Origin: a plasmid
DNA: 64,000 nucleotides
Sequence record: NZ_CP020429.2
Strand: one strand, 5' to 3'
The notes beneath the pieces are model-generated. The model ran no database searches, was not told where the DNA came from, and saw nothing but the letters and a program-made list of their open reading frames with translations. A program made the translations under genes and the position numbers. Positions 29,769 to 39,266 of this stretch are shown in pieces; the first letter of the stretch is position 1, and each line of letters starts with the position of its first letter.

Positions 29769-30225
29769 TAGAGCGATGGCCCTAGTTGTAAAGGAGGTTT
29801 GTTCACATCTGGGTTTATAGGAGATTATGATGTGAACGGGATTGATTAGGAGTCTCTATTTCTATTAGGAGGATTAGAGACAGAAAGGATTAGTTTTTGA
29901 GTGTAGTTTCATCGAACTACAAGAAGATTATATCAATTTATGAGATAGGATACAATGGACTTAGGGGGTGTCACACCCCCTATAATTAGAGATCGACTGA
30001 CTTATGGTATAGTAGTATGTTTTATTGTGTGCCATCCTATAATTAGACTAATAATTAATATAAACAATAGTTTAGGAGTGACAGAAGCAGTAATGAATGA
30101 AATGAAACAGGACAATGTCATACTATGATATATGAGATACTAGGTCTATAGGGCAAATTAGCCAGGGGATGACTTTTATTATCTATGGTATAATAAGATA
30201 AATTTGGAGTTGTAGAGGTGAGCAT
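29769..30225 (+). repeat. repeat family B, copy 1: structured leader (hairpins, 19-bp perfect palindrome AGGGGGTGTCACACCCCCT at 29963-29981)
   Basis: near-identical to 54873-55273 and 59681-60040. Confidence 0.85.
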
Positions 30226-30843
30226 TTGGAAGAAAATAGACCTGATTTTAGAGATATAAAATCGTTTGAAGAATTTAACAGATACTACTGGTATCGAGAA
30301 GAGCTTTCACAAATTTGTAAGTACCTTGGATTAGAATACAGATGTACAAAAAAAGAATTAAATCATATTATAGAACAATATTTTAAGGGAAATAGAGTAG
30401 AAAAATTTTTGAGGAAAAGAAACAAAAATCAAACCGAAATAATAACCCTAAATACATCATTACTTGAATGTGGGTTTTCCTTTAATCAGAAATTTCGTGA
30501 TTATTTTTCAGCTGTAACAGGTGTTAATCCGTTTAAATTTAATGCTGATATGGCAACAGCTTGGCGAAAAGTAAAACGGGACAACAACATAAATTTTACA
30601 ATACAAGATATGATTAAAATATACTATGGAGAGTCAGACTACGCCAAGTATGATAATTCAGCTTGCCAATGGAATCAATTTCTAAAAGACTTTTGTGCAG
30701 ATGAATTTAGCAATCATTACTCCAACAAGTTAAAAGTTGCGGCTATCCTTTGGAAAGAAGTTAGAGATTCAAAAAATAAAAAAATTTATTCACGGGGACT
30801 TCTAAAAGAATATAGCTACAAAATAGAGGAGTACTGTAAGTAA
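30226..30843 (+). CDS. hypothetical 205-aa protein (TTG start, N-terminal SAP/HeH-like helix pair), copy 1
   Basis: RBS gaggtgag; protein 100% identical to 55274-55891. Confidence 0.6.
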   Translation: MEENRPDFRDIKSFEEFNRYYWYREELSQICKYLGLEYRCTKKELNHIIEQYFKGNRVEKFLRKRNKNQTEIITLNTSLLECGFSFNQKFRDYFSAVTGVNPFKFNADMATAWRKVKRDNNINFTIQDMIKIYYGESDYAKYDNSACQWNQFLKDFCADEFSNHYSNKLKVAAILWKEVRDSKNKKIYSRGLLKEYSYKIEEYCK

Positions 30844-30989
30844 ACAACTTCAAGTTTGTCGAACGGAATATAAAGTATTAAAGACGATAGAAATAAAAAA
30901 TCTATCAAAAGATTATTTGAAATGTACGAAGAAAAGAAACAAAAGAATGAATGACTATGGTATCCTTTTGGTAGCTAAACAGACAAAAT

Positions 30990-31030
30990 ATCTTGTTTTT
31001 TACCCACTACAAATATTATAGAGCCGTTAT
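30990..31030. repeat. solo ISL3 left-IR remnant
   Basis: TTTTACCCACTACAAATATTATAGAGCC. Confidence 0.6.
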
Positions 31031-31316
31031 TTCAAGACTATCTTTTATTATTTAGTAGTTTCTGTATGAAGTTGAATGGAATAATTATTTTGTTAGAGAG
31101 TAGATTATAAGGTTTTGATAGAGGATGAGTTAAGTTGTTTGACATATGATTATTAAGAAATAATCCAATATGGTGACAGTCACATCTTGTCTAAAACGTT
31201 GCTATATAAGGTTTTTTAGAGTATAATAAACCTAAAAACGGAATCATTTTGAAGCTGAAGTCATGCTGAGATTAATAGTGCGATTACGAAATCTGGTAGA
31301 AAAGATACCCTACGAG

Positions 31317-31616
31317 GTTTTAGAGCTATGTTGTTTCGAATGGTTCCAAAACTAGGCTTCGTTTGTTAGTAACATACGAGATGTTTTAGAGCTATGTTGT
31401 TTCGAATGGTTCCAAAACAGGGAAGAACAAGATTTCATCAATCCAGATGTTTTAGAGCTATGTTGTTTCGAATGGTTCCAAAACAAGAGATTCACGCCAC
31501 CGACCGTATCGCTGGTTTTAGAGCTATGTTGTTTCGAATGGTTCCAAAACTGTATGCGTGATTGGAACACTGGCGAAAGGGTTTTAGAGCTGTGTTGTTT
31601 CGAATGGTTCCAAAAT
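31317..31616 (+). CRISPR. type II-A-like CRISPR array, 5 repeats x 36 bp / 4 spacers x 30 bp, no adjacent cas genes
   Basis: repeat GTTTTAGAGCTATGTTGTTTCGAATGGTTCCAAAAC (1 mismatch to S. thermophilus CRISPR3 repeat as I recall it); terminal degenerate repeat ...GCTGTG...CAAAAT at 31581-31616. Confidence 0.9.
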
Positions 31617-31667
31617 CTATAGGGTTATTCTATTCCTTCAGATCTTGACTGATGAAAAAACTGGTTC

Positions 31668-31960
31668 TTTTCTACCATTTGTCAAGTCTATCAAGGCTTT
31701 AAGTAAAAAAAGAGATAAGACAGTAGCTATTCTGAGGTTACTGTCTTATTTTTAACCCTTTTTTATCCATAAATGGGCATGCTAAAAAAACACCTCATCT
31801 GGTATTTTTTCTACCATTTGTCAAGTCTATCAAGGCTTTAAGTAAAAAAAGAGATAAGACAGTAGCTATTCTGAGGTTACTGTCTTATTTTTAACCCTTT
31901 TTTATCCATAAATGGGCATGCTAAAAAAACACCTCATCTGGTATTTTTTGAAACAAGGTG
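31668..31960. repeat. two tandem ~140-bp copies of repeat family T
   Basis: 31668-31805 and 31806-31950 nearly identical; each carries hairpin terminator. Confidence 0.8.
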
Positions 31961-31964
31961 TTAC

Positions 31965-33430
31965 AATAATACGGCATAGACAGCCTTATCGATTTTGGGT
32001 CAAAGAGTAATCGTAAAGTTTGTTATGCGTAATGAGGTAATACATTGTTCGAATGAGACGATGTATAGAGGCAATCGTATGTGGCTTAGTTGAAGCTATT
32101 GTCGATTGTCTTTTTCGTTTCTCATAAAAGTCAGCGATATGGCAGGGATTGGTATGACTAGCTGAAGCGATGTTGTGAATGCACTTGAACAAGATTTTTC
32201 TGGCATAGGGATTACCTCGTTTAGTGATGTGTTCCTTGGCGAGAAAGTTCCCAGATTCGTAGTGTTTCAGGTCAATGCCAATAAAAGCGTTGATTTGATT
32301 GGTAGACTGAAAGCGACGAATATTTCCCAACTCGCCAATGATAGATGTCGCTGTGGTTTCTGCGATGCCAGGAATTGACCGTAAGATGTCATACTCTGGT
32401 AAAGGCTGAGCTAGAGCTACCATGTCGCTTAAGACAACTTGTCTGCGTTCAGAAAGACGAAGCAATTCTTGAGCATAGTAACGAACCTCTTCAAGCATTG
32501 GAGAGGTTTTCTTGACCGCACAATAAGACTGATTAGCTAGTTTTATAAGCTTATCTACTAAGTAAGTTACACGTTTTTCAGAGATGCGTTTTGATGTAGA
32601 CTGACGGATAATCTCACACAAGTTACTTTGAGATAGGCTTAATACAAACTCTTTGCATGGAAAAGCCATCACTAAGTTCCAATATTGCTCTCCAGTAGGT
32701 GTGGATAATAGATTTTCCAATTCAGGAAAGGTGACTTGTAGAACCTTGTGCAGACGGTTTTTAGTTCGAACAAGATCTTCTGTCATATTTTGATAGAAAC
32801 GGCTTAAATCACGCAGGTGTTGATAAACTTCTTCCTGCACGTAAGTTGGTTTACGATTGTGCACAAGCTGAGATTTAGCCAACTTTTCAGCGTCAATTTT
32901 ATCTGTTTTACGAACTCGCAGACTGTCCAATTGCTTCTTAGCTTCCAGTGGATTTAGCCGTGTGTAAGCGTAACTATATTCCTCAAGAAAGGCTTGAAGA
33001 CGTCGAGAATAGACACCTGTAGCCTCAAATATAATCTCAGGGTTATGAACAGTTTTCAAGTCGCCCAACAGGCGATTGAATCCAATGGCATCATTGAGTA
33101 TGGTGTAGCCATGAACCTTCTCACCGTTGACTAAAATGGCCACCTCAGAACTTGTTTTACTGACATCAATTCCAAATACTGCACGCATGACATTACCTCT
33201 TTTGTCTTGAATAATTCCATGTTTTAGTGATTTTATTTTCAATACGCGACGTTTAGCGTCCTACATACTTTGATCAAACTCCACCTAAAACAAGGTGTCT
33301 TGCCAGTTTGTCAAGCGACGTCTAGCGCCATAGAGCCCTACGACTTTACAAGACACCACTACTTTAACATAAAGAAAAAGTAGTGAGTACTCTCTCCCGT
33401 CGGAGATTTCTTCACTACTAATCTTAGTAT
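31965..33430 (-). mobile_element. IS110-family insertion sequence (no IRs; boundaries approximate)
   Basis: single 418-aa transposase, long 5' leader. Confidence 0.7.
31986..33242 (-). CDS. IS110-family transposase
   Basis: N-terminal DEDD (RuvC-like) domain VFGIDVSKT..., C-terminal Tnp_20-like domain. Confidence 0.85.
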   Translation of the reverse strand: MKIKSLKHGIIQDKRGNVMRAVFGIDVSKTSSEVAILVNGEKVHGYTILNDAIGFNRLLGDLKTVHNPEIIFEATGVYSRRLQAFLEEYSYAYTRLNPLEAKKQLDSLRVRKTDKIDAEKLAKSQLVHNRKPTYVQEEVYQHLRDLSRFYQNMTEDLVRTKNRLHKVLQVTFPELENLLSTPTGEQYWNLVMAFPCKEFVLSLSQSNLCEIIRQSTSKRISEKRVTYLVDKLIKLANQSYCAVKKTSPMLEEVRYYAQELLRLSERRQVVLSDMVALAQPLPEYDILRSIPGIAETTATSIIGELGNIRRFQSTNQINAFIGIDLKHYESGNFLAKEHITKRGNPYARKILFKCIHNIASASHTNPCHIADFYEKRKRQSTIASTKPHTIASIHRLIRTMYYLITHNKLYDYSLTQNR

Positions 33431-33432
33431 GT

Positions 33433-33470
33433 TTGTCAACTGTAGTGGGTGACGAAAAGCTAAAGTAAGA
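33433..33470. repeat. solo ISL3 right-IR remnant
   Basis: TTGTCAACTGTAGTGGGTGACGAAAAGCTAA. Confidence 0.6.
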
Positions 33471-33491
33471 CTAAAATCAAGAAAGGAACTT

Positions 33492-33956
33492 ATGATGTTT
33501 GTAATTGAAGAAGTCAAGAATGAAAATCAAAAAAAGGCAGTTGTCGCTGAGGTTTTGAAGGATTTGCCAGAATGGTTTGGAATCCCAGAAAGCACACAAG
33601 CCTATATAGAAGGAGCCACGACACTGCAAGTTTGGGCTGCCTATCAGGAGAGTGATTTGACTGGATTTGTAAGCTTGTCCTATTCTAGTGAAGATTGTGC
33701 AGAGATTGATTGTCTCGGCGTAAAAAAATCCTATCAAGGTAGAAAAATTGGGAGCCAATTGCTTGCTACTTTAGAGAGCGAAGCTCGTAAAAAAGTTGAT
33801 TATCTGCAGGTCAAAACAGTGGCAGAAGGTTCTAATAAAGATTATGATCGAACGAATGTCTTTTATCGCAGTCTTGGTTTTAAAAAGTTAGAGATTTTTC
33901 CACAGCTTTGGGGCTCTCAAAACCCTTGTCAGATTTTGATTAAGAAGCTTGAATAA
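33492..33956 (+). CDS. GNAT-family N-acetyltransferase
   Basis: motif A-like LGVKKSYQGRKIGSQLL. Confidence 0.65.
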   Translation: MMFVIEEVKNENQKKAVVAEVLKDLPEWFGIPESTQAYIEGATTLQVWAAYQESDLTGFVSLSYSSEDCAEIDCLGVKKSYQGRKIGSQLLATLESEARKKVDYLQVKTVAEGSNKDYDRTNVFYRSLGFKKLEIFPQLWGSQNPCQILIKKLE

Positions 33957-34002
33957 TATTACTTGACATCTATTCTCAGAGTGCTATACTGCAAGTGTAA
34001 TC

Positions 34003-34075
34003 GTCGATTTAGCTCAGTTGGTAGAGCAAGGCACTCGTAAAGCCTAGGTCACAGGTTCAATCGCTGCAATCGGCA
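34003..34075 (+). tRNA. tRNA-Thr(CGT)-like gene, possibly a pseudo-tRNA
   Basis: cloverleaf readable: acceptor GTCGATT/AATCGGC, D-arm GCTC..GAGC, anticodon loop CTCGTAA; T-stem ACAGG/GCTGC has two mismatches including 53:61. Confidence 0.45.
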
Positions 34076-34117
34076 TCAAACTATACAAGAAAAAGCCTAT
34101 TGTGACGGGCTTTTTTT

Positions 34118-35530
34118 GATGTTGAATTACTTTGGATCCTTGTCAACTGTAGTGGGTGACGAAAAGCTAACATCTAGAGAGGACCTGATAGGTCTTCTCT
34201 TTTTTATGTTCAGAGTGATGAAAACACGCTTCCTAAAGTTAATAAAGTTTCTAAAACCGAAGCCCAGACGTTTGATGTCTTTGATAAGCTTATTGGTCCC
34301 CTCCAATTTTGCATTTGAGTAATGTGTTTCTAGTGCGTTTTTGATGTATTGTTTGTGTCTAAGAAAGGTTATAAAGACAGTTTTGAAGTAGTGATTGAGC
34401 TTGCTTATATTCTCCACTATTAACTCAAAAAACTCATCTACCCTCTTTTCTTGAAAGTGAAACAGCAACAGCTGATAGAGGTTATAATAGTTAGCGAGTT
34501 CTTCTGAGAAATTTAGTGTCTTCTTAACGACTTCATATGGACTTAAGGTTTGACCAAAGGTCTTCGAGTGAAATGACTTACAAGATAACTTACGGCTGTC
34601 CTTTTGGAAGAGTCTCCAGTGATTTTTCAAGGCTCGGTAGGGTAGTGACTTCTTATCAAATTGATTCATAATGGCAATTCTTGTCTTCAAAAAGGCTCGA
34701 CCAAGGTGTTGGATGATGTGGAAACGATCAATAATGATTTCGGCGTTTGGGAAAAGTCTACGAGCTAGTGGGATACAGGCTCCTGACATATCCATTGTAA
34801 TAAACTGCACTTTTTGGCGAACCTTCAATGGATACTTCAAAAAGTGGTTTCGAATAGTGGTTTGACGGCGATTATCAAGGATGGTTATGAGTTTGTTGGT
34901 CTCATAGTTTTGAGCCACAAAAGCGAGTTCACCTTTCTTGAACCCAAACTCATCCCAAGACATAACAGCTGGGAGCTTGTCATAATGTTCCTTGAAAGTA
35001 AACCGGTCAAGTTTACGATAGACAGTGGACCTCGCTATACGAAGTCTTCTGGCAATATCCGTTAGTGATGCCTTCTCAGTTAGAAGTTGAGCAACCTTTT
35101 GTCGGACAAGGTTGGAGATTTGGTGGTTTTTCTCAACAATTGATGTCTCAGCTACCGTGACTTTCTTACAATTTTTACACTGGAAGCGACGTTTTTTTTA
35201 GGCGTAGTAGTGTTGGAATTCCAGCTTGTTCGAGAAGAGGGATTTTAGAAGGTTTTTGAAAATCATATTTGATCTTCTTTCCTTTGCAATGAGGGCATGG
35301 TGGTGCAGGGTAATCCAGTTTTGCATGAATCTCGATATGAGTATCGGTTTCAAAAACAAGAGAAATAATAATGTTAGGGTCTTTAATTCCGATTAATTCT
35401 GTGGTATTCTTAATAAGTCTCATAAGTTCTTCCTAATGATGGTTTGGTTGCTTTTCATTATAGTTCTTATGGGACTTTTTGTCTGCACTCAAAAAGCTCC
35501 ATAATCTCTACAGTGGTTTTACCCACTACA
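34118..35530 (-). mobile_element. ISL3-family insertion sequence with frameshifted transposase
   Basis: IRR CCTTGTCAACTGTAGTGGGTGACG at 34135, IRL GGCTCTATAATTTCTGTAGTGGGTAAAACC at about 35495-35530; transposase split into 35175-35423 and 34127-34963. Confidence 0.8.
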
Positions 35531-36199
35531 GAAATTATAGAGCCAAAAAACTCTCGGAAATGTATTTCATGCGCCTTTTAGGTGTTTTTTTATTTTACTG
35601 TAAGTCATCTTTAACCTTAGGTTGCTATTTTTTCATGCGTTTGCTATACTAAAGACATAAATTGTTTAATTTATATCTATTTCACCACACCTCAAACGGT
35701 GAACTCATAGTCAAGTGACTAGAGAAAAGAGGAAACATGGAGGAGGATATGTGATTACTGATTCTGTCCCAGTGAAAAGCATACCGTGTTTAAGGGGTTA
35801 AAAGAGAGCGTACTCGCTTTTAGCTATCAGTTAAGCCATCAGACAGAAATAAGGGGCTTAACGCTTTGAAACACGTACGAGAAAATTGCCTTGAGTTTTT
35901 GAAAGGCTACAACAAACGTTATTAGCAAGTAAGCATAACGAGAAGTTTTTCCTATGGTTTGCCATAGGCACGCGCATCCTTGTTTTTTGAGACAAGGCTT
36001 GCCGGCTTCTTTGTTATGCTTTTTTTGTTTTGAGTTTGGGTAGACGGACAAAAAAGGAAGGCGACATCTCGATGTTTGGAGGAGAGGAACAGGTGTTCCC
36101 AAGTCTAAACTGTCGGCAAGCGGAGGAAAGGCTACGAATAAGTATTCGAGGCTTTCCAAGGCAACTTTACAACAACAACTTTAAAAAGGAGAAAAGCTT

Positions 36200-36625
36200 A
36201 TGCTTAACAAAGTCATTATTACTGGTCGTTTGGTCTCAGATCCGGAACTTCGCTACACACCTTCGAACAAGGCAGTAGCGACGGCTCGAATCGCTTCTCC
36301 CCGTGATTACAAAAATCAAAATGGAGAGCGAGAGACCGACTTTATTAACCTCGTCATTTGGGGTAAAGCGGAGAATTTCGCGAACTGGATCAAGAAAGGC
36401 TATCTTGTGACTGTTGAAGGACGGTTGCAAACTCGTTCTTATGAAAACCAACAAGGTCAAAAGGTCTATGTGACCGAGGTTAATGTGTCAAACTTTGACA
36501 ACTTACAGCCTCGTGACCATAGTAACGCTTCTTCGCAAAGTCCAGATTTTGGACCTGCAGAAGGGGGCTTTCCTGGAGGCGGAGAACCTTTAGATGATTC
36601 TATGTTTGAGAATATTCCTTTCTAG
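36200..36625 (+). CDS. ssb: single-stranded DNA-binding protein
   Basis: OB-fold ...[15 protein letters not shown]... and Gly-rich acidic tail ending [10 protein letters not shown]. Confidence 0.9.
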   Translation: MLNKVIITGRLVSDPELRYTPSNKAVATARIASPRDYKNQNGERETDFINLVIWGKAENFANWIKKGYLVTVEGRLQTRSYENQQGQKVYVTEVNVSNFDNLQPRDHSNASSQSPDFGPAEGGFPGGGEPLDDSMFENIPF

Positions 36626-36701
36626 TACATAGTTTAAGGTTTTAAGAAGAAAGTAGAGAGTTCAGTCATACTGGGCTCTTTTTGTTTTGGAAGGAGAAAG
36701 A

Positions 36702-37550
36702 ATGATAAAAGAAGTAGAGATACTTCCTCCATTGACAGAGGATAATTACTACCAAGATAGGTATTATATGTCCACTTCTCGTTTTAAGGAGTACATCAAA
36801 TGTCCCTTAAGACAACAAGTTGTCGATTTGGGCTTTTGGCCTGAGAAGACAGAGACAGAAAGCCTACTTGTTGGTAATTATGTCCATTCTTATTTTGAGA
36901 CTAAAGAAGCTCATGAAGCTTTCTTGGAAATGAATCGAGATAAGATCATTAGTCAACGAGGAAAAACTGCTGGCCAGGTAAAAGCCTCTTTCAAACAAGC
37001 AGATAAGATGATTGCTGCTTTAGAAAAAGAGGAGCTTTTTAATCGTTTGTATCATGGTACAGATGATGAAATGGTGGAGAAAGAACGGATTATCACTGGT
37101 ACGCTAGAAGGGATTCCCTTCAAGTGCAAAATTGATAGTCTGAATCTTTCAGGTGGTTATTTCATAGACTTGAAAACGATGGAGAGTCTTCAGTCGGAAA
37201 AATATTCGACAACACTTCATCGTTATACGAAGTCTCTTCTCTATAACATAGTAGAATATCAGTATACGCTACAAATGTACGTATATCAGGAGTTGCTGAA
37301 GCAAACCTACGGTTATGAGTTTACACCTTATATTATGGCAGTTTCAAAAGAACCTGTTCCAGATAAGGAGTTAATTATGATTGATGATACTATCATTGAA
37401 ATGGGGAGAGACATCTTCTATGGGCATCTTGAAGTACTTAAAGATGCTTTAGCACATAAGTCTGTCGAAGGATGTGGTCATTGTGATTACTGTTTGACGA
37501 ATAAGTCGTTAGTTACGGCAAAAACAATGGCAGAATTTTTACAACAATAA
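36702..37550 (+). CDS. PD-(D/E)XK exonuclease, Cas4/RecB-like with C-terminal Cys cluster
   Basis: D..FIDLKT motif, QMYVY (QhxxY) motif, CGHCDYC + N-terminal Cys. Confidence 0.55.
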   Translation: MIKEVEILPPLTEDNYYQDRYYMSTSRFKEYIKCPLRQQVVDLGFWPEKTETESLLVGNYVHSYFETKEAHEAFLEMNRDKIISQRGKTAGQVKASFKQADKMIAALEKEELFNRLYHGTDDEMVEKERIITGTLEGIPFKCKIDSLNLSGGYFIDLKTMESLQSEKYSTTLHRYTKSLLYNIVEYQYTLQMYVYQELLKQTYGYEFTPYIMAVSKEPVPDKELIMIDDTIIEMGRDIFYGHLEVLKDALAHKSVEGCGHCDYCLTNKSLVTAKTMAEFLQQ

Positions 37551-37553
37551 ATA

Positions 37554-37581
37554 GAGAAAGTGGTCTAAAGGCCACTTTTTA
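37554..37581 (+). terminator. hairpin terminator/attenuator
   Basis: AAAGTGGTCTAAAGGCCACTTTTT. Confidence 0.5.
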
Positions 37582-37600
37582 AAATGAAGGAGAAAGAACA

Positions 37601-38611
37601 ATGACTGAAACTATGTTGAACACACCAAATGAGAAAACCTTAGTAGCTGAACTTATTGAAGCTAGAGTAGCTCTAGCTAAGACTGAAATGCAATTAGAAT
37701 GGCAAAAGGCTGAACAAGCTAAAAAAGACCATTCTAAACCGGAGCCAGAGCTTATGGCTCCATTGTTTGAGGCTTTGGCCAAGGCTCAAGCTGAGTTTGA
37801 GTCGGTAACAGCGACAAGTAGAGTCACGTTTAAGAACGTGGACTTTAAGTTCGCACCTCTATCAGAGATTTTAGGGGCTGTACGTCCAGCTCTTAACAAG
37901 TTCGGCTTGACGTTGACTCAGCAAACTAAACACATTCCGTTTGGGAATGCCAATGGTATCAAAGTTGTGACGACACTACTTCATGAAAGTGGTGTCTCTT
38001 ACGACATTGAGTCTGTTCCTGTATTCTACAATGTCAATGATATTAAGAATCTGGGAGCACAGGTGACCTATCTGCGACGCTACGAGGTGAAAACACTGCT
38101 TGGTATTGAGGCTGATAGCGAAGAACTAGATATGGACAATGTGCCAAATCATTCGCAATCAGCTCAACAGACTGGTAATTATGATAGTAACCATAATTAT
38201 CAGTCAAAAGCCCAAGTGAAAACACCTCGCAAACCAACGGGTGCCCGCTATGGAAAGACTGCTCAGTCAGCGTCGCTAGCTACTTCTTTGAGTAGCAGTG
38301 AACAGACATTACTTAGTGAGGTGACATCAGATAACAAAGTGGCAAGTGATAGTGTCTCACAAGCAACTAGCGAGTCTGAAGTAGCTCCACAAAAGAGTGA
38401 AACAGCTACAAAAGGGATAAAAACTGCTTGTAACGATGATCAACTGATTCAAATGGTTGCTCGTGGTGAAGAAGCAGCATTGTCTCTTGGAGCAACAGAA
38501 AGCCAGTTGCTTGAGTGGTCTCAGCTAGGAGAAAGCCAAGGGTTGACTGTTCAACTCAAAGCTTTATCTGATTTTGTTTCTAAACAACGTCAGCAGGCAC
38601 AACAACAATAG
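37601..38611 (+). CDS. ERF-family single-strand annealing recombinase
   Basis: FKNVDFKFAPLSEILGAVRPALNKFGL and TYLRRYEVKTLLGIEADSEELD align to P22 Erf core motifs; S/T/Q-rich C-terminus. Confidence 0.7.
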   Translation: MTETMLNTPNEKTLVAELIEARVALAKTEMQLEWQKAEQAKKDHSKPEPELMAPLFEALAKAQAEFESVTATSRVTFKNVDFKFAPLSEILGAVRPALNKFGLTLTQQTKHIPFGNANGIKVVTTLLHESGVSYDIESVPVFYNVNDIKNLGAQVTYLRRYEVKTLLGIEADSEELDMDNVPNHSQSAQQTGNYDSNHNYQSKAQVKTPRKPTGARYGKTAQSASLATSLSSSEQTLLSEVTSDNKVASDSVSQATSESEVAPQKSETATKGIKTACNDDQLIQMVARGEEAALSLGATESQLLEWSQLGESQGLTVQLKALSDFVSKQRQQAQQQ

Positions 38612-39266
38612 TAGTAGAACAAAAAGTGGTCAGACTTTATTACGGCAACAAAATAAGAGAAATGTTAATTAGAGGCGTTTACCTGATCGGCATTAATTGA
38701 ACATTATCCAGAGGGTAGAACTATCCCTGGGTGAGAAAGAGTATGATATAATAGGATAAGAATTATACAACATGATATTATAACGACTAAGGTAGGAATG
38801 GGTATGCAAAATATTAATGATCTTTTTGAAGCATATATAGCAGAAGAGGACCCTATTAAGAAGGAGTTTTTGCTAAATATGTACAACCATGCTTTGCAAC
38901 AGAAACAAAAAGAGGTGATTAGTCGTGACTACTTTGTCAGATAAACAATCACCAGTGTTTTAGATCTTTTCCATTCAAACCGAACTTATGTCGAACAACA
39001 AGTTTGGTACACTTTCTTTAAACAGATACTTCCAGAGTTGTTGTTTATTGGGTTAGTGGCCATTCTAGACTATTTTTTCCTATGCAACTTGCTTCGCAAC
39101 AAATTGGTTTTTAAACCTGTAGTTGCCGTGGTATTTCTAATCCCTATTCTTTTGATAGAAGGGATTCAACACCTTTTTCGTAGTTGAACAAAGGAAGGAG
39201 ACGTCTATTATTAATATACTGTGTTTTTTAGAGGGTGCCCATAAGCCCAAAAAACATAGGCAATGT

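Noticed and set aside
29801-29837. Mini-ORF AGGAG-N3-ATG ATG TGA (MM-stop) inside the repeat-B hairpin; a possible leader peptide
   Set aside because: A two-codon ORF embedded in a 9-bp stem. It is noted as part of the structured repeat rather than called as a feature.
29955-30128. 57-aa ORF MDLGGVTPPIIRDRLTYGIVVCFIVCHPII... spanning the 19-bp palindrome
   Set aside because: Copy 2 of the repeat carries a 56-bp deletion that removes its middle, and copy 3 changes its end. The ORF is not conserved as coding, so the repeat is probably non-coding.
31040-31316. Looked for a tracrRNA anti-repeat (complement of the CRISPR repeat) near the array and elsewhere in the window
   Set aside because: No matching anti-repeat was seen, so no tracrRNA or cas9 can be claimed in this window.
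31352-31570. 72-aa minus-strand ORF with repeating FWNHSKQHSSKTS
   Set aside because: It is the CRISPR repeat read in-frame, not a gene.
35839-36159. 106-aa minus-strand ORF in the ssb upstream region
   Set aside because: No RBS, and it lies in a hairpin-rich non-coding region. I treat the region as structured DNA/RNA instead.
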